From contig NC_092670.1 in assembly GCF_964355755.1 (NCBI RefSeq), forward strand, positions 37,126,388-37,190,387: a stretch of 64,000 nt of DNA, read 5' to 3'. This DNA is from Antedon mediterranea (taxonomy: Eukaryota > Animalia > Echinodermata). Position 1 is the stretch's first letter. The number at the start of each line of letters is the position of its first letter. Of the stretch, positions 14,101 to 27,800 are shown piece after piece. A model generated the notes under the pieces. That model ran no database searches and was not told the origin of the DNA. It saw only the letters and a list, made by a program, of their open reading frames with translations. The position numbers and the translations under genes are program-made.

Positions 14101-17100
14101 AACCGGAAATCACATACTTCACATAATAGCCTCAGAGGTATGATGATCTTGACATTAAATGGGGTTTACATGAACTCTGAAACTTAATCTTTTGTCTTCC
14201 TTTGTTTCCAGAAAGAAGAACTTACAGACACTCTATCAACTTATCAGAAAAAGTGTGATGATTTAACAAAATCGTCCGATAAACTTGAAGAGCTTAAAGA
14301 GTATTATTGCAGGATGTACGAAGATTCCCAATTAAACTCTCACACACTTCAGGTATTAGTAATAAAAAACACACTAAGTAAGCCTACTTCCTTAACAATG
14401 GTGCTTACTGTAAGTACCATTTACAGTTTCTTTATTTTCTTAGTATTCGTTTCTGTTTTCATTATACACAGATTAAAGCCTGTGTTTATATATTAGGCCT
14501 ATTTAGTTTTTACTGTTGTGAGAGTTGTTGTTTTTATGTATTGCAATTTCATTCACAGGAATCTATTACTAAAAGTAATACTTGTTCAAATGTTATGCTA
14601 TCAACTACATCACAGACAACTCAAACACATGAGTTTGAGGCATCTGTTGATGTTTTTGATGACTTTCATCAAAATAAGGATGCAGAAAATGCAGAACAAA
14701 TTAAAAATGTTCAAAGTGAGTCTGACAGTGGAATTAAACAAGTGAATATGAAGAGCCTAAGTGATATTCCTTGCCTGATCGACAGAATTCAAAATAAAAA
14801 TCCAAATCTTGCATCTTACTACAATTCTACAATTGATGACAACAGTGAGTCGAGTGTCAAAGTTATGGTATCAGCCAAAGCTGAAGATATTGTCGATCTT
14901 GGTAGTTGTAAAATGAAAGAAAATGTTAGGCCTACAACTAAACCTGTTGACTTTTGTCAAAACGAGCAAAATATTGAAACTTTAACACTTGATAAAACTA
15001 TCTCTAAGGAAAATGATAAAAACAAAGATCAACACTCTCAACCAGCTATTTCCATAACAGAACCCTTTGAGACAGATGAAGTGGCCAGTTTATCAGAAAT
15101 GTCCCCAGAATTTGAAGTCTCTAAAGATATTGGTAACTATATGACTAAGTTAACTCTCAATGATCCATCAACTAATGATGTAAGCCTACTGCTAAAACCG
15201 TACAAACCTAAAACATTACAAACAATAATTAAACCCATTGACGTACCAAATATTATCAGTAACCGTACTAGCCATAGAAGTGTTCCAGATTCTGCTAGTA
15301 CTACAGGCCTACTACAACCAGAGCCCTACATGCAATTTCAAGCAAATCCTGTAGTAGGCATACCAAATGCCGGTAAAATCAATCAGACAAGTGTTCTGGA
15401 TTCAGCTAATACAATACGACTGCCAGAGACGCACAGGCTTAAAACATTGCAAACAAGTCCCGTGACATATACTAGTGAAAGCGGTCAGAAAAGTGATCTA
15501 AATTCTGCTAGCACAATATTAACAGAGACGTGCACGCTTGGAGGATTGCAGAAAAGTCCCGTGATACCACGTGTGGTTGGAAGTAGCCATAGAAGTGTTT
15601 CTGATCTTGATAAAGAAATACGATGTCATGTGACTGAAACATCATTATCTGGTTCTCCCAAGCTACCAACTAAAAGCAATATACCTAGTGGTGATGAGAA
15701 GGTTCGAAGACAAATGGTCATTAGTCAGTGTAGACCTACCGATACAACCTTCAAAAGGAAACTATTTTCCAATCATTCGATAAAGAGTAAAATACAGGCG
15801 CTAGACAAAATTCAGACGGTGCAGACTTCTGAATGTGAACTTAAGACAGATTTGGTTTTCAGCTGTAAGATTGCTAGAAGTGATCTTGAACATATTAGTC
15901 AGCAATGGGAAGAAGAAAAGCAATCCCAGAAACAATGTAATCAGCGAACACCGTTTGATGACAAAGATGGAAACAATTACACTCCAACAAACCAGTCGTA
16001 TGAAGAAGAAAAGGAGTCACAGACGCACTTGTCCACCGCGGTAAACCAAGGAATTGCTTTACAAGAAGAGATATCTAAACATAGTCAGGGAAAAGATTCG
16101 CAGAAAATAACTCAGAATCAGCATCAACAGACTTGTCAAATAGTTGATCTTAAGCGAATCAACACTTTTCCAGTAGATTTTCCAATAGAAGAGAAGAAAG
16201 TAAAACTACAACCGATTGTTGTTGCAGATGAAAGCAACTTAAGAATGATCTCGACACAACAGGTACATTTATTTTTGTGGCAAAATCATTTATTTAAAAC
16301 ATTAGCCTAAGTCAATAATAAAATATATGCATTGGCCCCACTGTTATTCGCCATCGCCTTATCTCACACTTAGGCTCTAAGAGAAGCAGAGAGTATCATA
16401 CCTACTTAATGGAAACGACCAACTAAATACATCATTTCTCCCATATTTGGTCCAAAATGTGGCCAATGGCCCTGGTATTTGAATTCATGGGTTTAATTTT
16501 ATAGTTCAATTAAAAAAAATTAATCCTCAGTAAATAAAGCCAACCTTCATTAGGCTAGTTTTGGGTACCACTATGTGCACTGATACCGAAGTAACAGTAA
16601 GCCTATCATACGCCTACGTAATTTTAATTTAACCCAAACGGCATTGGAACTTCTTTATTTCTATCCATCGGAAATTCCTTGTCGAAATCGTATGACGTCG
16701 TTGATATGGATGGTAGATTTCCATCACATTTTAAATTCTGTTAATTAAATTTGATAAACACCTTATTATACAAGCCGACAGGAAGTAATACCATTAAAAT
16801 AGATATCCATATCGCGCTGTATCCATAACTACAGTGACCTATTGGGAAGTTGTCGGATTTATTGAACCATATAAACCTTCTACATAAACATCATCTGCGT
16901 CAGATGTGAAGATTGAGTTGGCTAAAACCTGCCGGTGATAAACTCCAAATACGATTCGTGAAGTTAAAAAAATAAATATTTGCGTAATAATGTCTGTGTT
17001 AACCACACCCGATTTCCACAACCCATAATTGTAGGAAGTAATTCGTATCAGAGCACGGCCATTGAAGAAAGACAGGGCTGTTTTTTCGTGTTTTTTATGA

Positions 17101-17491
17101 CCTATAGGCCTATTATTATTTTACATTATCATACGTTTTCCTGATTATTTGGGAACTCAATTATCATTTACTATTCCCTGTGTATGTCATCTGTAGTAGG
17201 GATTCGATTTTATTCATGTACTTCGGGAATAAGGTTGATAAATGATAGCATATTTTGATCATCATTTGTAAGAAATGTAGGCTATCTGTGTGTCTTAAAA
17301 CTTTTCCCTAATTCTACCTTCTGGGTGTTCCCAGGCTGTGATCTGTAACCTTTTGATGTTGTTTTCTTTTTATTTCTAAGGTGTCTGTTTGCTCTCAACA
17401 ACAATTGTTTTCAGACGATGATGATGAGGAGTTGAACAATGACATCGCAAATAAAATTCAACACATCATATCATCACCAACAACTGAATAA
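5104..17491 (+). CDS. CCDC73: Coiled-coil domain protein, CCDC73-like
   Basis: In-phase exons at about 5104-5161, 9387-9508 (LKTKIFEAIEELKMRR), 11332-11403, 11829-11936, 12281-12355, 12621-12796 (LNKYSLEKRVQELE), 12938-13143, 13263-13322, 13792-13995, 14212-14352, 14559-16262 (long low-complexity exon), 17381-17491. The motifs match my recollection of the vertebrate CCDC73 N-terminus (FKTSLLEALEELRMRR; SKYSLQKKVSEME) and its long disordered C-terminus. Confidence 0.75.
5525..6365. repeat. ~155-bp AT-rich tandem repeat, about 5.5 units, alternating two variants (311-bp period)
   Basis: TCATGATTATATGTGAATTA recurs at about 5549, 5704, 5860, 6015, 6171. The last unit is interrupted and resumes at ~9220. 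Confidence 0.9.
6722..8955. mobile_element. PIF/Harbinger-like non-autonomous element, interrupted by a LINE
   Basis: Terminal inverted repeats CGCCCGTATTCTTAAACCGGACTTTAGTCGTAGTTCGA at both ends, with TAA on both flanks. Confidence 0.85.
6781..8090 (+). mobile_element. 5'-truncated non-LTR retrotransposon (CR1-group, Rex1/Babar-like) reverse transcriptase
   Basis: Open frame from ~6791 to 7877 with QFAY, FADFSSAFNT, GSPQGCVLSPLLF, YADD, YKYLG and C-terminal HPL..NSFVPYSIRLLN; 3' UTR ending in AATAAA and a (GTTATCA)3 tail. Confidence 0.93.
10894..10994 (+). mobile_element. Short Helentron/HINE-like element, same family as 23110-23935
   Basis: TTTTAGTCGTGTGCAACGCGACTCTA start, (GGTC/GGTT) microsatellite, TGGCCTTGTT end. 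Confidence 0.6.
11185..11310. mobile_element. MITE family A (Harbinger-like, TIR AGCTCTGTCTACACTATCAAACT, TWA flanks)
   Basis: Paired TIRs flanked by TTA/TAA. Other copies at about 13468-13622, 26761-26905, 29502-29620, 30610-30710, 38420-38573, 38709-38850, 39855-39990, 41893-42050, 42542-42692, 43478-43581, 44404-44524, 54117-54276, 58959-59295. Confidence 0.85.
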
Positions 17492-18719
17492 CTTACTTCC
17501 ATGGTTTTAAATAATGCTTTGTTTGTGTCAAGTGCACTGACATACGATGGAGAGATCATTCGTTGGTTGATTAACACTCCTCCGCAGGTTAATCTTTCTC
17601 CGATTTTAGTCATTCCAATTCCATTAATGGCGTATAATAGAATTCTTTTGTAGTTGTATAGTAGTGTGAGATTAAGCAGAACACACCCAACAGTTTTCTC
17701 TCCCACCCCATTTTTATAATGAAGTACCGTATTGTTTGTTTGTTATACAACTGCTTGATGTCTTGGGTGGTTCACCGTAGGTATTGTGCCCGTTTTCTCT
17801 GTCACGGGCCTAACACGTCGTTTTCAAGGTACATATTTCTATGCAGGTCTATAATCTCAGATGCGTGGGCTAATAAATTGTACAAACTCCGATGTGCTGA
17901 TTTAAATCGCAATTCATAGTTTTCGGTATTTATATAAACATTTTAAATGATATAGCCTTTCAGTTTGGTGTTTCAACTTAAATTATGAGAAACGTTAAAT
18001 ATTAAATAGTATTTATGAGAAACAAAAAGTCTTTTTTTGTTGAAGTGTTAGTAGTTTATATTTGTGTATTTTACGAATAAGGTCTAACCATAAAATAGGC
18101 CTGCTGTATTGAAATTCCAATTGATGATTAAGTGTACCTTTCAGTGGGTGGATTTTAATGGGAAAAGAGAACATTTACCCCGGGCATCTCAAAGTAATGC
18201 CACTTGCATTTCTTCTACAGCTATAAAAAATCTTTATTGTTGATTTAATAACATATTTGTTATTAATTATTAAATTGTATTAAAAATAAAAGAGTCTGAG
18301 TTATTAACAACTCCTTGGTCTGATCATGTACAAATTGCAGGCATGATGTTCTGGATTCCGTCATAGTACATGCATTACATCACTTTTTCTGGTTTTTAAG
18401 TGCACATACAATAACTCCATAGGTTGTTCAGCCAAAAATATTTGAATCTACTTGAAGTTCTAAAACGACTCGAAAGTTCCAGGTTTATGATGAATACCCT
18501 CATGATTGTGGTTCGAGAAGATCGCATACACTTCCTAACATAACCATAAACCACTGACATAAAGATATGGAATATTTAGCAATTTGGCAATTGTGTACCA
18601 TGCTAACCTTAATCACATCCGGTAAGCGGACCTGGAATCAAGTAGAACAGATAAGCCGCCCTGACGTTATTGTCCTTCCAAATCCGTGTTGCAAAGAAAT
18701 ACTGTCTAAGAAACTAACG

Positions 18720-18726
18720 TATAAAA
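18720..18726 (+). promoter_or_regulatory. TATA box of the A2M-like gene
   Basis: TATAAAA about 80 bp upstream of the signal-peptide ATG at 18803. Confidence 0.55.
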
Positions 18727-18802
18727 GGAAGCGCGAGCAGTCGTAAGTCATTTCATACAGATACTTCGCCGGAGCGACTTGAGCCTATTGAGTCTCTCTA
18801 TC

Positions 18803-21800
18803 ATGATTCGTTCGTACTTAGCCATCGTTTTAGTTTGTTTTATTATACAATGTTCAGCGTTCGAAATTGAAATCTCATCGTTGAATGCTGAAAATGTTAC
18901 TGCCGTAACAAAGGAACCCTTATTAGGAGAAGATGATGAAATTATCGCAATATTACCTCCCATTATTCCTGAATGGGAGAAACCAGAGCCTGTAGATGTT
19001 CCGTAAGTACTGTATTGAAATGTTGTTTTCTGCTCATCAGATATAAGCCTAATGCATCGAGTATGTTATGCTATGATGGATTCGTACGATTGTAGTAGGC
19101 CTAACCGGCCTAACTACTACTTACAGTCGACTTATTTGGTTTTCACCACTTATTCACCACCCTCCATTTTAAAACATAATGTACCATAAAAGTTTGATAA
19201 ATATCAATAATTTTTACATAGTTTATTCTGAATGTTGCTGTTCCTATTTAAAGTTTTAAATATTATCTACTGTATTCCCCCAAGCAAACGTTAGGATCCC
19301 GCCCTCCTCACTAAATTATTTTTAACATAGGCCGTACTGTAGGCCTACCTTAAAAGTTCGATCAATAATTACATTTATTTACACAGAGTTTATTCAATCC
19401 TGAATCTTTAGTATTTAAGTTTTAAATAATATTTACTGTATTTCCCCCAAGAAAACTTTCTGAATCTGCCAGTTTATTGCGGTGCATCAAAATAAATTGA
19501 ATTCAATTTTTTACTTACAGTAGCCTATTAATAATGTTCTTTCCACCACTGTTTGAGGGAAATCAAGCATTGTCTAGAACTCATTCTGTAGGCCTAGACA
19601 TTTATGGATAATTTTCAATAATAAATTAAATCTTTATTCGTTTTCTTATAGAGATGTTCTTATTACAACTTCTCCACTATGGGTATCTAACACACGTGAA
19701 ACTGTGTGTGTGAGTTATCTTGAAGGTCCAACAAAACTCGCGATCACAGTTCGTAACTACTATAGCTGGACTACTGCCTTTAGTCTGTCGAAAAATGAAA
19801 GTTTTCCCGAAGGTGGCAGTCGCTGTTTTGACATTCAGGTAGGCCCTAAAATGCATACTGTCGTTTTAATGTTTGTAAAGCTAAGTTGTGTATAAACAGT
19901 TTTTATTTCGACGCCGACGTTTGTACTCTTTTAGTGTTGTGTTGCTCTTTGCAACGAGTTTTAGCGGTATGCTTGTCTCTCTACGTTTAAATATCGCGCG
20001 CTGCTTTGGTGTTTGACGTTGACGCTACCTTAATTAAAGTAGGATGGAAATCAAGCTGACATTTTATTCTTGTTAAATTATCGTTGCACCTAGAAGCAAT
20101 GCTTGTGTTGTATTGTTTTAGTTATATTTGCTTCATAAATTAGGTTCCAGATATAGAAATACGTTATAGTACATCGGCAAACATGATTGTCAACTTTGAG
20201 ACAGAAGGAAGAAGATTCAGGAAAGAAATCCGAATAACAATATACGGTGAGCAGCTGGAAACATACATCCAGACTGACAAACCGAAGTACAAGCCAGGGC
20301 AAGAAGGTAAATACATAGGCCTAATAGTAGGGCCTACCGTATTGTATTATTATAGGGCCTTTTTTATTTTATAGGGCGGCATACAATTTGTGAATAACGA
20401 AAATGTTTTGTAAATCAGCTCATTCTTAAAGCTTGAATGCCCCACCGTTGGGCGCAAAGCAAACACGTCGACCAATCACGCATGCGCGTCCAAGTGGGAA
20501 CATAATTACTGTAATAGGCTTTAGCTTTCTAGTTTAATTATCAAACATGTTTTTAATTAGACCTAATATCTCATACCATAGAGAAATAAGTTAAATCTTA
20601 TTTCTCCATGCTCATACCTTATCGGAATTAACCAACATGCTCACTGAAGTAATACACAAGTTAATTACACTGTTTAAATGTTTAAAGCAGTTGTTCCGTT
20701 TGTTTTAAAATGTTGTTTATTCCACTTAATTGAGTGTTGTTTATCTAAACTTTTACTGTTTACTTTTCATTGATTGGCAGTTTACGCTGCAATGCATTGG
20801 AAACAAACTGTCAATCAGGAAGTAAATTATCTTCTCTGCTGTCAACCAAAGTTTGATCCTCCAAGCATGGACCTATAAATGATTTATTATTTTAATTTAT
20901 AGGTCCATGCTCCAAGTCATTCTATATTAATGTATTCTAATTGATAAATTCTTGATTATTCTTATCTATAGGTCCATGCTCCAAGTCATTTATATTAATA
21001 TATAATATCACCACTTGCACTGATGAAGGGCTAGTGTTGCCCGAAAGCTCTGCTAACTTTTCTGGCTGTTTTACTTCTCATTTTGATTTAGCTTTTCGCT
21101 TTTATTTTGTATCTCCATTGAGATCCAGCCACTGATACCCACAGCATTGTCATTTTTTTCAGTAATTTGGCTTTGGATTTATATATAATAATATTAATAG
21201 ATATATGTAAATTGTCATTGTGTTCAATCAATCAACCAGTGTTGTTAATTTAGTTTAAACATGAACCTAATTCATAGGTCCACAGGGTCTAACATTAAGA
21301 CGCTACATAATGTACCGACACTACAAAGATACATTTTCTTTTATTTCCACAAAATTACTGTATATCAAGCTTCTGTTTTTTCTTTTTTTTTAAAGTAAAA
21401 TTCCGAATGCTGTCAATTAAATCACCTTCAATGAAAGTAGTGAAACAAACCGTAAGTAATATAATTTGAAATATAATTAATATAGTACCGACATTAGGTC
21501 ATTGGTTAATTATGAATATTAACTTGTACACTTCTAAATCGCCGTTCAGTTCGTCGCAAAATTGGGGTCGCGAAATTGTATCCGAAGATGAAACTGTTTA
21601 TCAATTATACACTGAAATTTTCTCAGTCACAAGGACAATTATTTTCCTTTTTATGCTGTTGTCGCCGTTTCGATTTTTGTGTGTAAACTAGATGGGGAAT
21701 TCAGTTAAGAAAGGCCATGTGTGCCAATATTATATTTTTCTTTTACTAATATTTTAATTGCGGTCTAGAACCAGACTATGTACGAAGTAGTACAAATACT

Positions 21801-24800
21801 CGCACAAACTTTTTGTTATATAATAGATTTTAAAGCATATTCAACCATAGATAGATAATGAAGAATTAATTATTTATATTATTTTTTAATTTAAATATAG
21901 ATACCAAGTGTTATTGTGGAGTCTCCAAATGGACTTCGTATCATGCAATGGGATAATGTAAAAGCAGACGAAGGTCTTGTAGACTTACAGTTTCAGCTAT
22001 CAGATGAACCCATGCTAGGAAGATGGAAAATCACGGCAAGAGTTGGCAACAGACCTGTGATTCAATCATTCGAGGTTGAAGAATATGGTAATAATAATTG
22101 TTAATTAAAATATTAAACCTTTTCACAGAGAGAGAGAGAGAGAGAGAGTATTACATTGCGGTATCAGTACCGTTAGATCTAGATTACGATAACACTGATG
22201 AAAACTTATGTACCTGCAACCGAAATATGTTTCTTAGTTTTTGGTCTTCTTCGTCGAAAGGCTGCCTTCTTTTATCGAAAATATTAAAAGGTCATTGTCG
22301 AGTCATCTCAGTTTTATTCACATTTCAAAGAAAATATAATATTATATTTCAAAAGATACTAGGCCTACAATAAAAGAGATATATTATAGACCTAGAAACT
22401 ATTATTAGTAATTCATAATTATACATTTAAAAGTTATTGTGTCTATTAATAGTTAATCTAATGTAAATTGAGTCTACTCCATGTATTTACCATGAAGTTA
22501 CACTTATGACTCTATCCAGATTTCTGCAAAAATAGTTTATTTCTTTCTCATCAGTTTTACCGAAATTCGAAGTGTTAACAGAGACGCCATCTGCTATTTA
22601 CATTCGTGACAAATCATTTAAAATGAAAGTCTGTGGAGTGTAAGTATTATGCCTACATGTGTATTATTAACGTATCTACTGTATCTTGGTACAGTGACTA
22701 TTGAAAAAAAACTGTGTAAATGTCAAATAAATAAAGGTTAACTTTTAGTTTAGTTTGTAAATGTCCCTGTACCTTGGTTAATTTGTATAGCCTACTTTCA
22801 ACAGATTGATTAGAGTTGGGACAGTATAATATGCCTACTTTTTTTCCTGCTCCCCGATTTCATTAATACATAACTTTTTGAATCTATCTGGTATCATTCT
22901 CAATCACATATTTACTTTAAATATCCCCATCCGGACTTACAATAGTATAAGATTAAATAGTATAATATGAAGTGCTATTTCTATTATTCAGATACACATA
23001 TGGACAGCCAGTAAGGGGTTCTGTTAATGCGACACTGTGTTTTAAATATTCGTGGAGGGATTGCGTTCCAGAAACAACTGTCGTTAAGTATTCTGAAGTA
23101 AGTAACGATAGAACAAGGCCAACAGCCATTAAGTCGCGTGCTACAATGCATAGTGATACCGGACCGACAGACAAACAGACCGACAGACAAACAGACCACA
23201 GACAGACAGACAGACAGACGGACCGACCGACAGAGTGAACTATACTGACCGAAATTACTGAACATGTTTAAAAATGTTGAAATGTTAAAAAACATTTATA
23301 TTTTTTTAATTTACACGTGCGTAGCCTGTCACTTTCGACGTGCTCGTATAACGTAATTTCGAGTTGAAAAGTAAGTCAAGAAAACAGAAATCGGGCAAAA
23401 AGAGTGCGTAATAACATTTAACGCGCAGTGCGCGCGCAAAAATCTGCGCACTCATGGCAATTTTGTAAACGCTTAAAATTTCCTGAAAGGTACTCTTTTT
23501 TCATCGAAAATAAATTTTGAAAATTTTAAGCGCGCGTACGCATGCGTTACATGCGCTACGCACGTAATTGTATTGCCATATGATGATTTATGCCCTGAAA
23601 TTTATGAGTACCAAATTTTATTTAATTGTGATTCATGGTTGTTAAGATATGATTACAAACGTGATTTCGTTAAATCGTGCGTAGACCGCGTAATTTTTTA
23701 TTGCGCACCGTGAAAACATAACCACATCGATTCCTGGCCATAAGGAATATTCTGTGAAAAATTGACTTAGCTAGATTAAACTGATATCAAGATAAGGTCA
23801 TAAAGCGATAAAACGCATAGTGATACCGGACCGACAGACAGACAGACAGACAGACCGACAGACAGACCGACAGACAGACAGACAGACCGACCGACCGACA
23901 TAGTGAACTATAGAGTCGCTTCCACGCGACTAAAAACAAGGTACTGGGAGGCCCTATATTTATATCTTCCAGTCCGAAGACCGACATATTGTGAGAACAG
24001 AGGGCAGCCTTTATTAGTTTTCAACAATGTTCTGTAAAATAGTTCTGCTAAATTTCTCGTGTGATAGGCCTACTTATGTGTGTTTTTTGGAATCAGTACA
24101 AAAGAAAGCAATACAATTATTTTGTTGAATCAAAAGTAAAGTTTGCTCCTACTAGTGTCACAACGACGTAGACGCGACAATCTAGTTGACCAATCACACG
24201 TGATGGATTATCCAAACTTCGCTTAATTTGGTAAACTCATTTGCGTTGCGCTTAAGTCCTTCGTTAAGTCCTAGTGGGAGCCAAGATTTAGTAGTAGGCC
24301 TAAACACATATTTACCGTTATTCTATTTTCTGCCTGCCTTTTGTAAATAATTAATTCGGCAATTGAGTAATGTTTATCAAACCGTTGGACCTAAAATGTT
24401 TTTATACTACTTAATAATATCTATGATTATAGGATACTGGAGTGGATGGATGTAGTGAATTTGAAGTAACTTCAGAAGAACTGAAATGGGATATTTCACA
24501 GTATTATTATGGCGGACGACAACTATCAGTCAACGCGAACTTCACGGAGGAGGGAACAGGTATTATATTCTGTGTATGCATATACAGTACTGTATTGCTA
24601 ATATATAATTAAACTCTGTAACTTCAAGTCAAAGCATGAGAGAATGCCAAAGCATGGTTTCCACTGCCGACGCAACGCAATACAGCACTTTGCGTCAATA
24701 CGTCGTAGCGTTGCGTTACGTTGCGTCGCAAGTGGGAACCACGCTTAAAGCAAAACATCTCCGACACGGAACCAACTTGCACTGAACGTACATGCTCAGT

Positions 24801-27800
24801 TTACAATGCTTCCTTTTCGTTTTCAGACATTACTTTGAGTGGCTCATCACTTTCTACTACTATTAAGAATACAGCTGTCAGCATACAACTTGAAGGGCTT
24901 GACAACTTTAAGCCTGGTTTTGAGTATCACGGAAAGGTAAGTTTAAACAACATGCTCAAGAAAGAATTGAAATAATATAACCGTTCAAATTCTTGTTCTG
25001 CATTGCTAATCATATAAACAGTAGGCCTAATATCATGTCAAAGCTTAGGCCTAAATAATTATATATACTGTACCATGCTTAGTATGCTGGTTTCAAAATA
25101 TATTTAATGTTGCCTATACGGTACCATTTCAAGTGAGTTATAGAAATACATCTCTGCAATGACTAAACTTCATGTATTATCTATCTTTAGGTTGTTGTAA
25201 CGAATGTTGATGGTAGCTCAGCTGATGGTATAAACCTAACCATAGCTGTTAGAGAGAAATATAACTCGGTTGAAAACATCCATTTTTTCAATTATTTCAC
25301 GGAAAATGGAGTCGCTAAGTTCAGCTTCGATGCTCCTATCGATACTGCTATTTCTTCGTTGTATATCAAGGTAAATATATCTCTGTTTTCCGTGGGATGC
25401 AAATCAGATTGACGTTTAGTTAGGCATGCGCGCATGTAGGCCTACACGCTGTCTAAAGCTTGGTTCCCACGGGAGACAAAACGCAAGGACGTAACGCAAC
25501 GCAAGTGTGTTGACCAATGACAAGCGAAAGTTCGAATAATCCAAAGCTCATGATTGGTCAACTCATCGTTGCGTCCTAGTGGGAACCAAGCTTTACTTCA
25601 TCGTCTATTGCTCAATTACAATAAAAACAGTGTTCTGTTAATTTACACAATACATATAAATTATTTTAATTTGAAATAATATAGGTGACCGCCGAAGGCT
25701 ACGAAACGGATAGTACATTCGATGATTTCTATGGATATTATAGAATCCGTTACAATCCATCGGGCACAAAACAGCTACAGGCATTCTATTCACCGAGTGG
25801 AAGCTTCTTGATGATCAATCCAGTACAAAATGTGCTTAACTTTGGAAGTGAACACACTTTTAACATCGACTACACTGTCCCAGCCGGTGATAGTCAAATC
25901 ATTCAGTTAAAGTATATTGTAAGTTGACTACTTGTTGGATCTCGAAAATGTATGAGTGTGTTTAGTGAAAGTGTAGGCCTCGTATGACGTAAAGTTCTGT
26001 CTACACTATCGAACTTTATGTTCGTGTCGGGTTAAAATCCGGCCATTGACAAACCTCCTGCCATTTTCTTCTCAATAGTAGGCCTAATTGAATGCATGCG
26101 CCATCGGTATAAATATTCTAAACTTAGAGTTTTACCAATTTGTATGGATTTTAAAATGCTTTACTTAAAACATGTCTGTAATAAAATATATCTTTTATTG
26201 GTTTTTTATTACATTTATTATAAGAAATTTACTTTTCTATTTAACAAGTAACTCTCTCTCTCTCTTGTTTTTGTTTGCCAAACTGGTTACCGGTAGTTCT
26301 TCAAAACAAGTAAGCCTAAAGAGTAATGTTTTTTTTTAAATTTTTTTTTTAATGATTTTTTTTATAATGAAATATTTTTCAACTAGGTAATGGCAAGATC
26401 CAGTGTAATAAGTTCTGGTAAAATGGACGTGAATGCACCATCCTGCACCCGTAAAGGAAAACGAAGCTCCCCTCCTATCATTGGTATTATCGATTACGAA
26501 TACGACCTACCAGACATGCCAGACCAAGAAGAATTAGGTAAGAAAATGATTTCTACAGATACAGATACAGATACAGATACAGATAACTTTTATTGTCCAA
26601 ATAAACTGGAAATTGCATTTGCTCACTTATCACATAAAAATATCGTATAAAAATATCGTATAAAAATAAAGTATAAAATGTAGAATAACAATATAAAAAT
26701 ACACAATGATTAAAAAAGTACATCATAAAATTACTCGTCGTAATCGTAATTAATACATTAAGCTCTGTCTACACTATCAAACTAGTTTGATGTGCCCAAA
26801 TGGTAGTGATATTCCCAAATATGGTAGTGATATGACATCACCATGTCCACATATGGGCACATCACATTTATTTGTCACATACAGTTTGATAGTGTAGGCA
26901 GAGCTTTATATTTTCGTAATTAATACATTTTTTTCAAATATATATTTTATCCGATGCGTTACTCGTGACAGCTGTCGGGTATAAAAGACATTTTGTGCAT
27001 ACTCACGTGTTTCTGATTGTGCGCATAATGATTTTTGACGCGTAATCTAGTGGCGCGTCGTAACGTAAATAAAAGTCATTCATAATATTATAAAAAACAA
27101 TGTAACTCTGCTATTACGAACGTTTAAGAGTCGTTTTGCTCTATCATACAGTCATAGGATTAGAACCACTTCCTTTGAATTGTCGGTTCTCGTTCAGTCT
27201 ACCAATTGAAATTAAGCCGGAGATGTCACCAGATGCCAAGCTGCTTATCTACTACGCTCGCAAAGATGATGAAGTGATCGCAGACTCTCTTAGCTTCCAA
27301 GTAACCAAAGGACTCTCAACTCCGGTAACTTTCAAAACTTGTTATAAATCATACATACATTAAATTACTATTTACTTGATAATAAATACGAGCATTTAAA
27401 CGAACTTTCTATCTCCTTCCTTTCTTTCTTTCTTTCTTTCTTTCTTTTTTTCTTCCTTTCTTTTTCACTTTCTTCCTTTCTTTTTTAACTTTCATCCTTT
27501 CTTCTTTTCATTATTTTCTTCATTTCTTTCTTCCTTTCTTCATTTTCTTCCTTTCTCTCTCCCTTCCTTTCTTTCATTCTTCCTTTTTTTCTTCATTTTC
27601 TTCCTTTCTTCATTTTCTTCATTTCTTCATTTCTTCATTTCTCTCGCCCTTCCTTTCTTTCATTCTTCCTTTCTTTCTTCATTTTCTTTCTTTCATTCTT
27701 CCTTTCTTTCTTCCTTTCTTCATTTCTTTCATTCTTCCTTTTTTTCTTCATTTTCTTCCTTTCTCTCTCCCTTTCTTCATTTCTTTCTTTCTTTCTTCAT

